In this document: positions 52,356 to 64,000 of the stretch, piece by piece
How the letters are laid out: each line of letters begins with the position of its first letter
Position numbering within the stretch: the stretch's first letter is position 1
Assembly (NCBI GenBank): GCA_951406725.2
Contig: OX597817.1
Coordinates: forward strand, 59,768,001-59,832,000
Source: Octopus vulgaris
Taxonomy: Eukaryota
Direction: 5' to 3'
DNA: 64,000 nt
Program-made: the position numbers and the translations under genes
The notes under the pieces: generated by a model
What the model was told of the DNA's origin: nothing
Seen by the model: only the letters and a program-made list of their open reading frames with translations
Database searches by the model: none

Positions 52356-53259
52356 TATATATAAAGCATATGTTGCATTCTGTATAGAATAGATCCCCTT
52401 TCACCAGAGATAAGTACGTTGTTGCCTTTCCAAGTCAGATGCAGAGACAATGGCTCTTAACTCCAACAACATGGTTACTATGTTCCACATCCAACTTATT
52501 CACCAGTGCTACTTTTTATGGTATTTATACTAAAGCAAGCACTACTGTGTAATGTTAGTAGCTCCCAGGTAACCAATTTGGATTCTGTATCCTTAAAAAA
52601 GCTCACGGATATGTGGTCCACTCTTGTGCTAGCTTATGAATTGTGGCATTCTGCTCGTGTAAGGAATTTCATTTAACTTTTGTCTTGAATTGAAAAAAGC
52701 ATGAACATCTCCCAATCTTCTGTAGTCTCTTGGCTGGGATTTCACGGCAGCTGTGAATAATTTTTTACCCTTCCCAAATGTTCACAATGCGGAACGACCA
52801 TCACATCCTATTTAGCCTCTCAATCATTTGTGTTGCCACCAAGATACTCCATGCTCCACTGAACTTCCCAAACTACTTCACTCCAACCTCACTCAATTTG
52901 TTTCAATTTCAAACTTATGACTAAATACTTTTTGCCACTCTGACTTTCTCCTTTATATCCTCTTTGCATTTCCCTTGTCAAACAGCAAACCTGTTGAAGT
53001 TCAAAGTGGACTCAGCAACAGCCACACCTGTTGTAAAGTTTTTTTCTCTGATTGATATTAAAAAAAAAAAATCCATAGGTGCAGGGCATGGCTGTAAAGG
53101 TTAAAAATGTTTGTTTTGCAACTCTGTGGGTCTTGAGATCCTGAAACATGTATGGCCATGGAGGGGAAATATTACCTCGTTTGGAAACAAGTGAAGGTTG
53201 GCTACAGGGAGGGCATCCAGCCACAGAAAACTTCCTGTAATAAATTTCATCTGACCCAT

Positions 53260-53696
53260 GCTACAGCAAAGAATAAAATTACATACGTTCACAATTTTCT
53301 CTCTCATGGAAAGTAACCGAACATACGGCATTTCTTTACGCTTTTTACTGTATTAAATATTTCTGACGCAGACTATTAGTACTTTGTCGCATGGAAAAGT
53401 AGAAGTTAAAATGATAGTGATGATGATGGGTTATCTATCATATTCTATGGGAGAATAACGTTTAAAGTTATGTTGTAAGAATTGTGCGTCGTTCATTTGT
53501 TCCTAGAAGTAGATTAATGAATCGTGTGTAATCCAGTGGTTAACTTTCTAACAGGATGCTTCATGATTTAAGGGTATTAATAGTCTGCGTCAGAAATATT
53601 TAATACAGTAAAAAGCGTAAAGAAATGCCGTATGTTCGGTTACTTTCCATGAAAGAGAAAATTGTGAACGTAAGTAATTTTATTCTTTGCTGTAGC
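53260..53696. repeat. Near-perfect inverted repeat with arms of about 119 bp (53260-53378 and 53578-53696) and a ~200-bp spacer
   Basis: gctacagcaaagaataaaatt...ctgacgcagactatta versus taatagtctgcgtcag...ttctttgctgtagc. Confidence 0.93.
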
Positions 53697-54138
53697 TATT
53701 TGTTTGTTTTGTAGGAGGAATTGTTATGTGTTTCGTATTTCTTTTATCACCACACTTTCATTTTACATGGTTACAATTGAGAATTAGAACTAGGTCGAAA
53801 GTTCGTGAAAGCAGTTCATTGATAGCTTACCTTATAAACACCCGACTTTTTGTCACTTTATACTTAGTACCTGTCTATGAATATGCATCAATGGTGACAA
53901 TTATCTAACACTCGTTTTTTTTCCTTCTCTTTCAGCAAACACGTGACTTATGCTATTTCTCTCTCGTTTACTCTGAAGAAAAAACACAGGAATCTCTTTT
54001 GATCCGGCACAGATAAATATATCGTTGTCATAAAGAGAAGTAAATTACGAAGACTACAGTCGCAGTAACACCAGACAATAAAACAAAAGGAAGTGTGTAT
54101 ATAAAGAAGACTAAATGGGCCAAGTATTAGATGCATCG

Positions 54139-54165
54139 AGGAGGACCCGGAAGTGACCTTTGGTC
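54139..54165 (+). promoter_or_regulatory. ETS/GABP-type promoter motif CCGGAAGTG in a CpG-enriched TE-free region
   Basis: ccggaagtg at 54147-54155, about 265 nt upstream of a candidate first coding exon. Confidence 0.55.
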
Positions 54166-54417
54166 TTCTTGACCAGTAAATGAATGAATATTATTGTGTA
54201 TCACCAATAATGTTGTTATTCAATTTCTTACGTTGATTTCGTTGAACTCGTCCACCTTTCACATAACAAGGTTTTGCTTTTCCTTATTGAATCACTCTGT
54301 CTCCCTCACTTTGTCATTCTTCGATTTTCTCCTACGTCTCGCTTCGGCTCTTTTTCTTTTTGATTGTATTGTTCGGTCTACCACAAGTGGATATTTCATT
54401 TTACACCAGAGAGGAAA

Positions 54418-54550
54418 ATGTGGCGACATCCGACGATGTCCTGTTATCATCGCAGTCGGAAGAAAACCGTCCTTCACTGCTTCTGTGTTCGCTACAGCTG
54501 TAGTGACCTATCATTACTTCTTTTGGCTATATTCCTGCTGTTCCAGCCAG
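54418..54550 (+). CDS. Candidate first coding exon with a signal-peptide-like end (MWRHPTMSCYHRSRKKTVLHCFCVRYSCSDLSLLLLAIFLLFQP)
   Basis: aaaATG context, hydrophobic LSLLLLAIFLLF stretch, consensus donor CAG|gtaagt, phase 1. A second in-frame ATG lies at 54436. Confidence 0.6.
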
Positions 54551-54579
54551 GTAAGTTTGAGAATCTTTTTCTTTCATAC

Positions 54580-54845
54580 TCATCATCATCATCAAGTGTT
54601 TTAAATCAGAGTTTTATCCCCGTTAACGGGTGTGGCCGGATCTACCTCAATGCTATTAGCAACCGAGGTAGGCAGGTGCAGCCCACCCCCACCCTTTCTC
54701 CTTTGCTATCATGAGGCTTTTTGGGAACTGGTTTTTCTATGGGGAACATGCCCTTGCTTACCCCCAACCTCAGTTTCTAGACATGAGTGGTCCCAAGACC
54801 AAGGCCTCTACCACGATTGGAAAATTAGCTCAAGAAGGCAGGGAT
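54580..54845 (-). mobile_element. Repeat with a (GAT)n tail; an opposite-orientation family member lies at about 61140-61430
   Basis: gaggtaggcaggtgcagcccacccc is the reverse complement of gggtgggctgcacctgcctacc, and tttaaaacacttgatgatg is shared. Confidence 0.7.
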
Positions 54846-57800
54846 GCTACTCCCTGAGACCTCTTTCGGAGCCTCCCCTCTACCCTTTGATACTATTTTT
54901 TTAAACACACCTTCAGTTTTCACTTCATGGAATTCAACGGATGAATTGAGCATAGGAGATGCTTTACTCCATGCAGAAACTCCAGGAGCCCTTCATCGGT
55001 TTTGCAAGCTCTTCTAGACCCATCACAGTGTTGGAGACCCTTCTGCATTGTCAACAAGTACTTTAGGATCACTAGGGTTTCATTCCTTCGCATGTACACA
55101 TCACCTGAGTGGGGGTAGTGAGGACTGACTCAGTCATTTTCGCCTGTGGAAGAGTTCCACTTGCAGTTACTGTGCTTCATTTCCATTTCTTAAATCCTGC
55201 CCTTAGGTTTCTCTGAGGTCCCATCCCTCAAATACATTCTTTGAATATGTTCATCAAACATTGCCATATACGCCGACTGAATATACAAAACTTGTATTTG
55301 AATGTCATCCATTTGAGATGTAATTTAGTTTTCAAATTGTTGATTACTGTGCATGCATACATACACGGTGAAGGGGTGTGGCCTAGCAGCTAGGCTGTTG
55401 CCCTCACAATCACAAGATTGTGGTTTCAATTCCTGGACTGGGTGGTGTGTTGTGTTCTTGAGTAAAACGCTTCATTTCACATTACTCCAGTCCACTCAGC
55501 TGCAAATGGATCCCTGAGGTGGGCTGGCAAAATATTTTCAGGTGAAGAGAGTCATTTCATACGTCACGTACATCACACTTTTTACATCCTCTTCATAAAA
55601 ATTTTACATAAATTCCCAGTAAAAAGTTTGTTTATACTTAGCCTGCAAAGTCGAACTTTACTATGAAAAATGAATCAATACAATTCTTATAAATGTTTGA
55701 TTTTTACATCTCAGGTATTTCATAATCTGTTTTTCTGACCGTCACATACATCACACATGAATGGTTCAATATTACAGTTTTGTGGTGAATTTGAGTCCTT
55801 TTCAAAGAATTTTTTATACGAGTATTGACAAATTAATTACCTTTGATACCTCTCAGTTGATTTGTACTGTTGTGGAGTATCCTGAATTTTCTGGACTGGT
55901 TCTAAACAAAAAATTTCTTAAGTGGTCCCTGGGTTGAGGATATCTTTCTTTCTTTCTCACAAGTCACAGGGGTTCTCTGCCCTTGTAAAGAATTAAGCGC
56001 CACTACTCCCCCCCCCCCCGCCTCCAAGCTAAAAGATAAAAAGAAAACAAAAAACAACCACTGTAAGCTCCGAGTGTCCAAACTTCCAGCATGTTTCAAC
56101 TGGAAGAAAATACTTGAATTTAATTTTTCTTAAGTTTCATTTTGATATTTATCTTCTATACAAGCAGGTGTGGTTGAGTGGTTAAGAAGCTTGCTTTGCA
56201 GCCACTTGACTACAGGTTCAGTTCCACTGCACAGCACCTTGGGCAAATGTCTTCTGCTCTAGCCCCAGGCCAACCAATGCCTTGGGAGTGAATTTAATAG
56301 ACAAACTTTTTGGAAGCCTGTTTGTTTGTGTGTGTGTGTGTGTATTATCATCATCATTTAATGTCCGTTGTCCATGCTGGCATGGGTTGGATGGTTTGAC
56401 TAGGGCTGACCACCAAACACTAGCCTGACTTGGCATGGTTTCTATGGTTTGATGCCCTTCCTGATGCCAACCACTCCGAGAGTGTAATGGGTGCTTTTAT
56501 GTGTGTGTGTGTCTTTGTTTCCCCACCCCCTCTACTGCTTAACGATCAGTGTTACTTTGTTTACATCCCTTTAACTTAGCGGTTTGGCAAAAAGAGTCTG
56601 ATAGACTAAGTACTAGACTTTGAAAACCAAAATAATTTACTGGGCTAAATTTGTTCTATTAAAGCCCTTTCAATTGGTGCCCCAGCATGGCTGCAGTCCA
56701 ATAACTGAACCAAGTAAAAAATGAGTCTGATTTTTGAGGAAGCACTATTAAAACAGCTGCATCTGTTGTCATCCTCTTTCTTTCTTCTCTCCATCTGGAA
56801 TATTTAAATGACAATGGCTTGGGAATTCAATGAGGATTTTTTTTTCCTTGTGGCCTTCACCTAAATATCTATGACATAAAACTAGTTTATAAAAGTTGAA
56901 AAGAAGCAACACAAGGTGAAAATAGCTAATTAATAAGTACGACCTTAATTAGTTTTTTTTTTTTTTTTTTTGATGATGTGGCACAGACTAATTAAGCAAG
57001 ATTGTTTTCCGTTTGCCTTTTAAACGTTTTGCTCGTTTCAGTCATTGGATTGCAGCCTTAAATGGTTTCAGTTGAATCAATTGACATGAGTGCTTACTTC
57101 CTTTTTTAAGTCTATGACTTATTATGTCAGTCTCTTTTGTTGAGCTGTGAAGTTGCAGGGGATGTAAACAAACCACCACTGATTGTCAATCAGTTGCAGC
57201 AGGGGGCAAACATAATGTGTGTGTATACACACACGCACACAATGGACTTCCACACAGTTTCCATCTCTGACATTCACTCACAGGGCATTGGTTAGTGAAG
57301 GGCAATAGTAGAAGACACCCATGGTGCTAGGTGCTGGTGATTGGAACTGAACCTGCAACCACATTGTTGCAAAGTGAACCTTTTAAACCACCCTAATTTA
57401 CCTTTTGATCTCAAATGCAAGAAACGAGTACAAAAAAGATCTCACTGGAATCTCAGGTGGGTTCGAGGAGGAGGAGGAAGAGGAGGATTTCATAGGTAAT
57501 GGATTCAAAGAAATACCGAAAAATGGATCACTACCGTGAAAATTCTAGTAGTAATTGATAATTTCTGACATGTTCGTCAGTATTGCACCCGTCTCTGAAG
57601 GGAACTGTAGATATTCAGGTGTGTGTAATCACAAGAATGTGATTACACGAGTCAGACAAAAGCCGATTTGAATATCAGCAGAAGTATTCCTTCTGACCTT
57701 TTAACTGTGACCGTCCTAATTCTATTTTGCACTGTAGGCAAGTTGTACTAAAACACGTGGTTTGCTTCTTTAAAGAGAGCAAGTGTTGGTGGATGGTGGC

Positions 57801-58107
57801 TGACAGAATGGAAATGTCAAGAATCCATTATACAGACATGCCTTTGTTGGTAAGGGCTGTTAGAGTTGGAACATAACCATTGTTCTGCTCACATGTCTAT
57901 GCTGGTATCATTGTGTCAGCATTTCTGGCGAACCTTATGTCCCAAAGTTGTGCACTCTTGACGTAATGGAATAAAAATTCCCTTAATTTGTTGAATGAGA
58001 AAGGCTTGGTGCCAGGAAGAGCATGCAACTGTAAAAATACTGTCTCAAATAAGTTCCCAGCCAGTCTATGCATGCTTAGCAATGTGAAGCAAATGAACAT
58101 ATGCCTG

Positions 58108-58456
58108 AATAGCTTGTTTACCAACCACATGGTTCCGGGTTCAGTCCCACTGCGTGGCATCTTGGGCAAGTGTCTTCTGCTATAGCCCCGGGCCGACCAA
58201 TGCCTTGTGAGTGGATTTGGTAGACGGAAACTGAAAGAAGCCTGTCGTATATATGTTTATGTATGTGTGTGTGTATATGTTTGTCTGTGATTGTTCCCCT
58301 AGCATTGCTTGACACTTAGCAGTTCGGCGAAAGTGACCGATAGAATAAGTACTGGGCTTACAAAGAATGAGTCCCGGGGTCAATTTGCTCGACTAAAGGC
58401 GGTGCTCCAGCATGGCCGCAGTCAAATGACTGAAACAAGTAAAAGAGTAAAAGAGT
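58108..58456 (+). mobile_element. tRNA-headed SINE, family A
   Basis: Closely similar to 20604-20915. Confidence 0.85.
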
Positions 58457-58505
58457 ATATATATATATATATACACGCACACATAGAGACACAACACACA
58501 CACAC

Positions 58506-59044
58506 AAGAGGTCTGCTGGAAAAGTATCAGGACTGTTGCTATGCTAACAGAGCTAAAGTATGCAGGGTGAAGCTACACAGCACAGATTGACCTTGAATAA
58601 ACACCCTGTTGTGATTATGCTTTTGCTCACTTGTGTTGTTCACAACAGAAATTCTTGGAAGTAAAGTGGGAAGGGTGTGGTTCTCTCAGAAAAGAAGGTC
58701 AGGTTTCAGCTGTGTCAGATCTCCTCGATTGTGTGGAGGAAGAGGAGAACTTTTTGAAAGCAGTCATGGCCATGACCCTGAAATCAAGGCTCAGTCTTTG
58801 CGGTGGAAAACCCCAACATGGCTTCAAGACATTGAGGAAATCCAAGAGAATGCAACAAGACAGTTGCTCACCCCCTATCCCCAAAAACAGAGTTCCAGGA
58901 ATGCTTCCATCAGTAGAAACAAAGCTGGATGAAGTGGGTGGCTTCAAAAAAGGGACTAATTTGAAAGGAAATTAATTGCTTAATTGATAGGTGTTGTAGT
59001 TTTGTTTTTATAGAACCAGTCCTCATACTTTCTCATCAGATCTT
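58506..59044 (+). mobile_element. Internally deleted mariner-type element
   Basis: Imperfect TIRs aagaggtctgctggaaaagtatcaggactg and cagtcctcatactttctcatcagatctt. A remnant FQECFHQ..gggactaatttgaa resembles the mariner C-terminal GDYFE motif. Confidence 0.6.
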
Positions 59045-59485
59045 TTATTTATTTATCAACTGAAGAAGGGGAATATTCCTTGTGTTGTACGTCTTGTGCT
59101 CTGGTTTTTCTTTGTTTGAAAAAAAGTTTGTTTTTATGTTTTTATTTCTCATTGTGTTCAACGTTTTTTTGGTGTCCTGTACCCATATATGCATGTATAT
59201 ATACGTATAGATGTAAGTATGTACAAATATGTATGTATATATGCATATGTTTATATATTATTTATATATATATATATAATGAAAAGATCCAAGGATCTAG
59301 GTGTGGGAAGTTATTAAGCTTCAAGCATTCCGTGGGAAGTATAAAGAAAACTTTTCAGGCACAATAATAGTCTATTGGTGGAGAAGGTTGTCGGTTTTTC
59401 TCATCAAAGTTTGATAAGCTGAAAAAAGTTTTTTCTTTTATAGTTCATGGTTAGCATCCAGGGTTGTTAGGAATGCAAATATCTA

Positions 59486-59521
<36 letters not shown>

Positions 59522-62500
59522 CACATACACACACACATGGGTATATATATTTATATTTTATAGTCTCAGGCCGACCAAAGCCTTGTGAATGGATTTCGTA
59601 CTCGGAAACTGAAAGAAGACTGTTGTATATATGTGTATATTTGTGTCTGTGTTTGTACCCCCACTATCACTTGACAACCGATGTTGCTGTGTTTGTGTCC
59701 CCATAACTTACCGGTTTGGCAAAAGACACTGTACTAGGCTTACAAAGAATAAGTCCTGGGGTCGTTCTATTCAACTAAAGGTGGTGCTCCAGCATGGCTG
59801 CAGTTACATGACTGAAACAAGTAAAACAATAAAAAAACCATGCCTTTTTAATCTCAAGCAATGCCAGGGTTCTCTGCTAGTATAGAATATTAAGGGGTGA
59901 GTCACTTTGGGTTGCTAGAACTGCAGGCCAACCAATGCTTTGAGTCAGTTTAGTCAATGGAAACTTTGTGAATGCTCATTTTGTGTGTGTGTGTGTGTGT
60001 GTGTGACCTCATGGAAACAATGCTTGGCAGCTGGTGTCTGTTTACATCTCCATAACTTGGTGGCTCGGCACCAGATCTTAAAAGCACAGGGGTCGATTTG
60101 TTCAGTTAAATTCTGCAAGGTGGTGCCCCAGCTTGGTCACAGTCAAATGACTGAAAGAAATAAAAGATAAAAATCTTTTGTTATTTTCTCTCAGTAAATA
60201 TTGATTTCGCTGCTGTTTTTCATTTGGAGATCTTTCTCCATGGTTAGTCTTTTTTTGTTTTTTTCTTCTTCCGGTCTTTGGTTTCTAGAATTTAGTTTTA
60301 AGAAGAAGACTGCGCTTTAGGAAAAACATGTTACAGAATATGTGGGAATATTCAAATTTGCCACAGCATTTCCAGATCATTGGAGAATGAAGAGAAATAA
60401 AGATGATAATGTCAGCCTTACATAGGTGTTAATGAAATCCACTTGAACAGGTGGAGACGGGATTCTTCTTATTTGAGTATTGATCTAGTTTTATCAATAA
60501 AGAGAGAGTTTCCCATGGCAGCATCTGGTGGCAAGTGGTTGCTGTGGCCCTAAGCTGACAAATGCCTTGTGAGGAAATTTGGTAGAGACACTTGAAACCT
60601 GTGTGTGTCTATATTCTTTTACCTGTTTCAGTGATTGGACTGTGGCCATGCTGGGGCACCGCCTTGAAGAGTTTCAGTGAAACAAATCAACCGCAGTACT
60701 TTTCTTTCTCTTTTTTAAGTACTTATTCTGTCGGTCTCTCTTTGCTGAATCTCTAAGTCACATAAACAAACGAACACCAGTTGTCAAGCAGTGGTGGAAG
60801 AGAAATACAAACCCAAAGACACACAGACATGCATGTGCGCGTGCACACATGCGTGTGATATGGTGTTTTTACACCTTTTTTTATCATAAGAGAATTTTTC
60901 TCCACAGTAAATGTAGTGAATTGGCTTTTAAAAATTAAAATATGTCACAAACATATTTCAACTAACCAAAAGTTCACACACACACGATGGGCTTCTTTGA
61001 ATTTCCATTTACCAAATCTACTCATGAGGCTTTGGTTGGCCTAAGGCTATGATAGTAAACCCATACCCAAGGTGCCATGTAGTGGGACTGAACCTGGAAC
61101 CATTTGGTTGGGAGTAACGTCCCTGCCTTCCTGAGCTAGTTTTCCACCACATTTCTTAAAAATCATGGTAGAGGCCTTGGTCTCGGGACCACTCATGTCT
61201 AAAAGCTGAGGTTGGGAGTAAGCAAGGGCATGCTCCCCTTAGAAAATCCAGCTCCAAAAAAGCCTCATGAAAGCAAAGGAGAATGGGCACCAGCCAGTCA
61301 GCCAGCCCAAAGGTTGGGGTGGGCTGCACCTGCCTACCTTGATTGCTATGACACTGAGGTAGACCCAGCTACCCCCCTGTATTAACTGGGACAAAACTTG
61401 GATTTAAAACACTTGATGATGATGATGATCATGTATAAGCTGTAAAGCCCTGCCTCAAATATGCCCCCCCCATCCCCCCACTGCTCTGTTTATTTAATCA
61501 TAGCAGGAAAGAAGAGATGATGAATATACAAATGGAATGAAGCAAGTGTTCCTCATATAACAGTGAGGTCAGCTATTTGACCTTTTTATTGTTCTAATCA
61601 ACAGCCTCCTTTCCTCCTCTTGTCTGTGTAACCATCATCACCACCACCACCCTCATAATTATTGTTACTTTTAGGTGGGTTTCATGTGATTTAGATAAAC
61701 CAATAAGAGATTTAGGCTGCAAGAGATAATCCTATCCACTACTTCCTAATCTATTGACATTGTGTTGGTTCAGGAATTAAGAGTGTAAGCATGATAAGGA
61801 TTTAATTTTGTCTCTCATCATCATCTGTCTGTTGTCCATGCTGACATGGGTTGGACAGATTGACTAGGCTGGCATGCTGGAAGGCTGCACCAGACTCCAG
61901 TCTGAGTTGACATGGTTTTCTACGGCTGGATGCCCTTCCTAATGCCAACCACTCTGAGAGTGTAATGGATGCTTTTACATGCCACTGGCACAGGTGCCAT
62001 TTGCGTGACACCAGGGTGTGTTTACATGCCAATTTGCATGATACCAGTATCTGCCATGACTGTGATTCTGCTTGGCTTGATAGGTCTTCTTCTCGAGCAT
62101 GACATAATGTCAAAGGTCTTGATCATTGCCTCTGTATATAAGAATTGGGAGGGATGAGAGATGAATGCATATTCTACTTGCGTGTGTGTGTGTGCGTGCG
62201 TGTGTGTATGATATGGTGTTTTTATGCCTTTTTTTTCAAAAGAGAGAATTTTTCTCCACAGTAAATGCAGTGAATTCTGTGTTTTACAAATCCTATTAAA
62301 TTTTCATTATTGAATATTAGGAATTAAAGAAATTAAAATATTTGGTGCATTGTAGAATTATAAGCAAGTTATTGCTCCTAAATTTTAACATCAAAATCTT
62401 ATATGAACCTCTAAAGGTTGCATGGACCTCTGAGAATCATATGCCCCTCCCCGCTTCCAAGGATCGTATGGACCCTAGATGAGAACCAATGGGTTTCACA

Positions 62501-62750
62501 GTTTCTTTGAAAGTATTTGGGTTTGATTCCACTGCTTTTTAGGCAAGTGTCTGCTGCTCCTGTCACAGACTGATCAATGGTGTGTGAGAATATTTGTTAG
62601 ATGGTAACTGTGCAGAAGCCTATTCTGTGTGTGTTTGGTAAGAAGTTTGCCTCCCAGCCACATGGTTCTGAGTTCAGTCTTGTTGTCTTGGTAAGTGTCT
62701 TGAGCTGACCAATGCCTTGTGAGTAACTTTGGTAGATGGAAACTAGAAGA

Positions 62751-62800
<50 letters not shown>

Positions 62801-63060
62801 ATAGGATTAGCTCGTATACGAGTAGGTATATATTTGTAAAAAATGAAGTTCGAAAATGCTGCTGTATTATACAATTTTTAATTTTTATATATACATTATA
62901 ACATGTTTCAGTTCCTGAAATGAACCTTATCAAAAAAAGTTATATATAAAAAGAGACAGCTCATGCCGTCAAACACAAGAAATTCATTTATAATACACAA
63001 CGGAGTCAGACATCTTAGAGTTCATGTATAGTTGATATATAGTTTGAAGTATATTTCAAA

Positions 63061-63354
63061 GTGTTCGATGCAGTGGCCCACGGAGGCTGCAATAGGCAGT
63101 ATATAGGCCATACAAAAAATAGCTTACGTAACAGGATGGCGGTGCATAAATCACAAATTAGAAACCCTGATTACCGCAAAATACCGGTCAGCGGACACAT
63201 AGATAGATGTGCTGGAAATGTAAATCCGAAATTTACAACTAACCCGCTCTATAAATTCAGTGACAACGCAACCTTCACACAACGCCAAAATAAAGAACTA
63301 TATTTCATAAAAAAATTTAGACCAAGTTTAAACACCCTGGGCCAGGAATACTAA
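63061..63354 (+). mobile_element. Penelope-like element GIY-YIG endonuclease C-terminal fragment
   Basis: GCNRQYIGHTKNSLRNRMAVHKSQIR...RQNKELYFIKKFRPSLN matches the YIGxT..L..R..H and E...I....P.LN motifs. A degenerate hammerhead-like motif lies on the minus strand at about 62897-62940. Confidence 0.85.
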
Positions 63355-63514
63355 AACAAAAGATAAGTCCTCCGAAAAGGAGAACCAAATTTCACCACGG
63401 CCGCTACTTCAGACACTCACTCTGACGGAAATATGCCTTAGTAAAAAAAGGGAAAAAAATTCTTTCGTGCAAATCTGACCCTGATACATACGATACAGCT
63501 AAGGGTCAGACCCG

Positions 63515-63895
63515 ATTCTGATTGGTCAACAAGTTGATGACGTCTAGCTCTGCTAGAATGGACAGGATACAAACAGGGGACAGTCATTAGTCAGAATACT
63601 GATGACGTCCTTTTCTGCTTGAATAGTCACCTAACAAGTACAGACAGGGGACAGATCTAATGTAGCTATAAGTCGTGATTGGGCAGAATCTGAATGACAT
63701 CCCGCTATGCTTGACTAACGAAGCGACTGGTCAAGACAGGAAACAAACAAGAGGGAGTTATAATGCAGCGATTGGTCAAAATAATGATGACGTCCCGTTC
63801 CACTTGATTAAAGCCACCTAACGAAACGATTGGTCAAAACATTGATGACGTCACGCTACGCTAGATTGACCACCTAACAGGCATTATAAAACCAA
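63515..63895 (+). promoter_or_regulatory. Tandem CCAAT/CRE modules plus TATA box, probably the promoter in the Penelope pseudo-LTR
   Basis: Five ATT(G/A)G-N12-TGAC(G/A)TC modules and TATAAAA at 63885-63891. Confidence 0.6.
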
Positions 63896-64000
63896 GCATT
63901 TCACAAAAAATCACTAGAACCACCCAGCGAACTTCCACCATGGGTCATCACAATTGCTTAAGGTAAAAATGAATTCCTCGCTCTTTCGGAAACATCAATC

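Overview
AT-rich, microsatellite- and retroelement-dense eukaryotic DNA. The repeat families and (TA/TG)n load suggest an octopus (coleoid cephalopod) genome, but that is inference, and nothing here looks prokaryotic. On the + strand, 1071-12491 holds nine coding exons of a KIAA0319/KIAA0319L (AAVR)-like PKD-domain receptor, covering part of PKD1 through PKD5. The second half of PKD2 is missing: the exon-3 donor is replaced by a retroelement tail, apparently through a microhomology deletion. One intron uses a GC donor. After PKD5 the receptor's Cys-rich, transmembrane and tail exons are not seen. Instead the last exons of an unrelated matrin/U1-type zinc-finger gene follow in compatible phase: a 93-nt exon present twice through a 2-kb tandem duplication, a stop exon at 18974-19065, and a probable 3'UTR intron with a long UTR to about 27.3 kb. 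A repeat-rich intergenic stretch follows (CR1-like and RTE-like LINEs, SINEs, MITEs). At 54.1-54.55 kb there is an ETS-motif promoter and a signal-peptide-like first coding exon, and the window ends in a Penelope-like GIY-YIG remnant. The layout fits the junction of a large tandem duplication, or an assembly false duplication, that creates a PKD-ectodomain::zinc-finger chimera. Several local templated insertions and a twin-primed RTE insertion are also visible.
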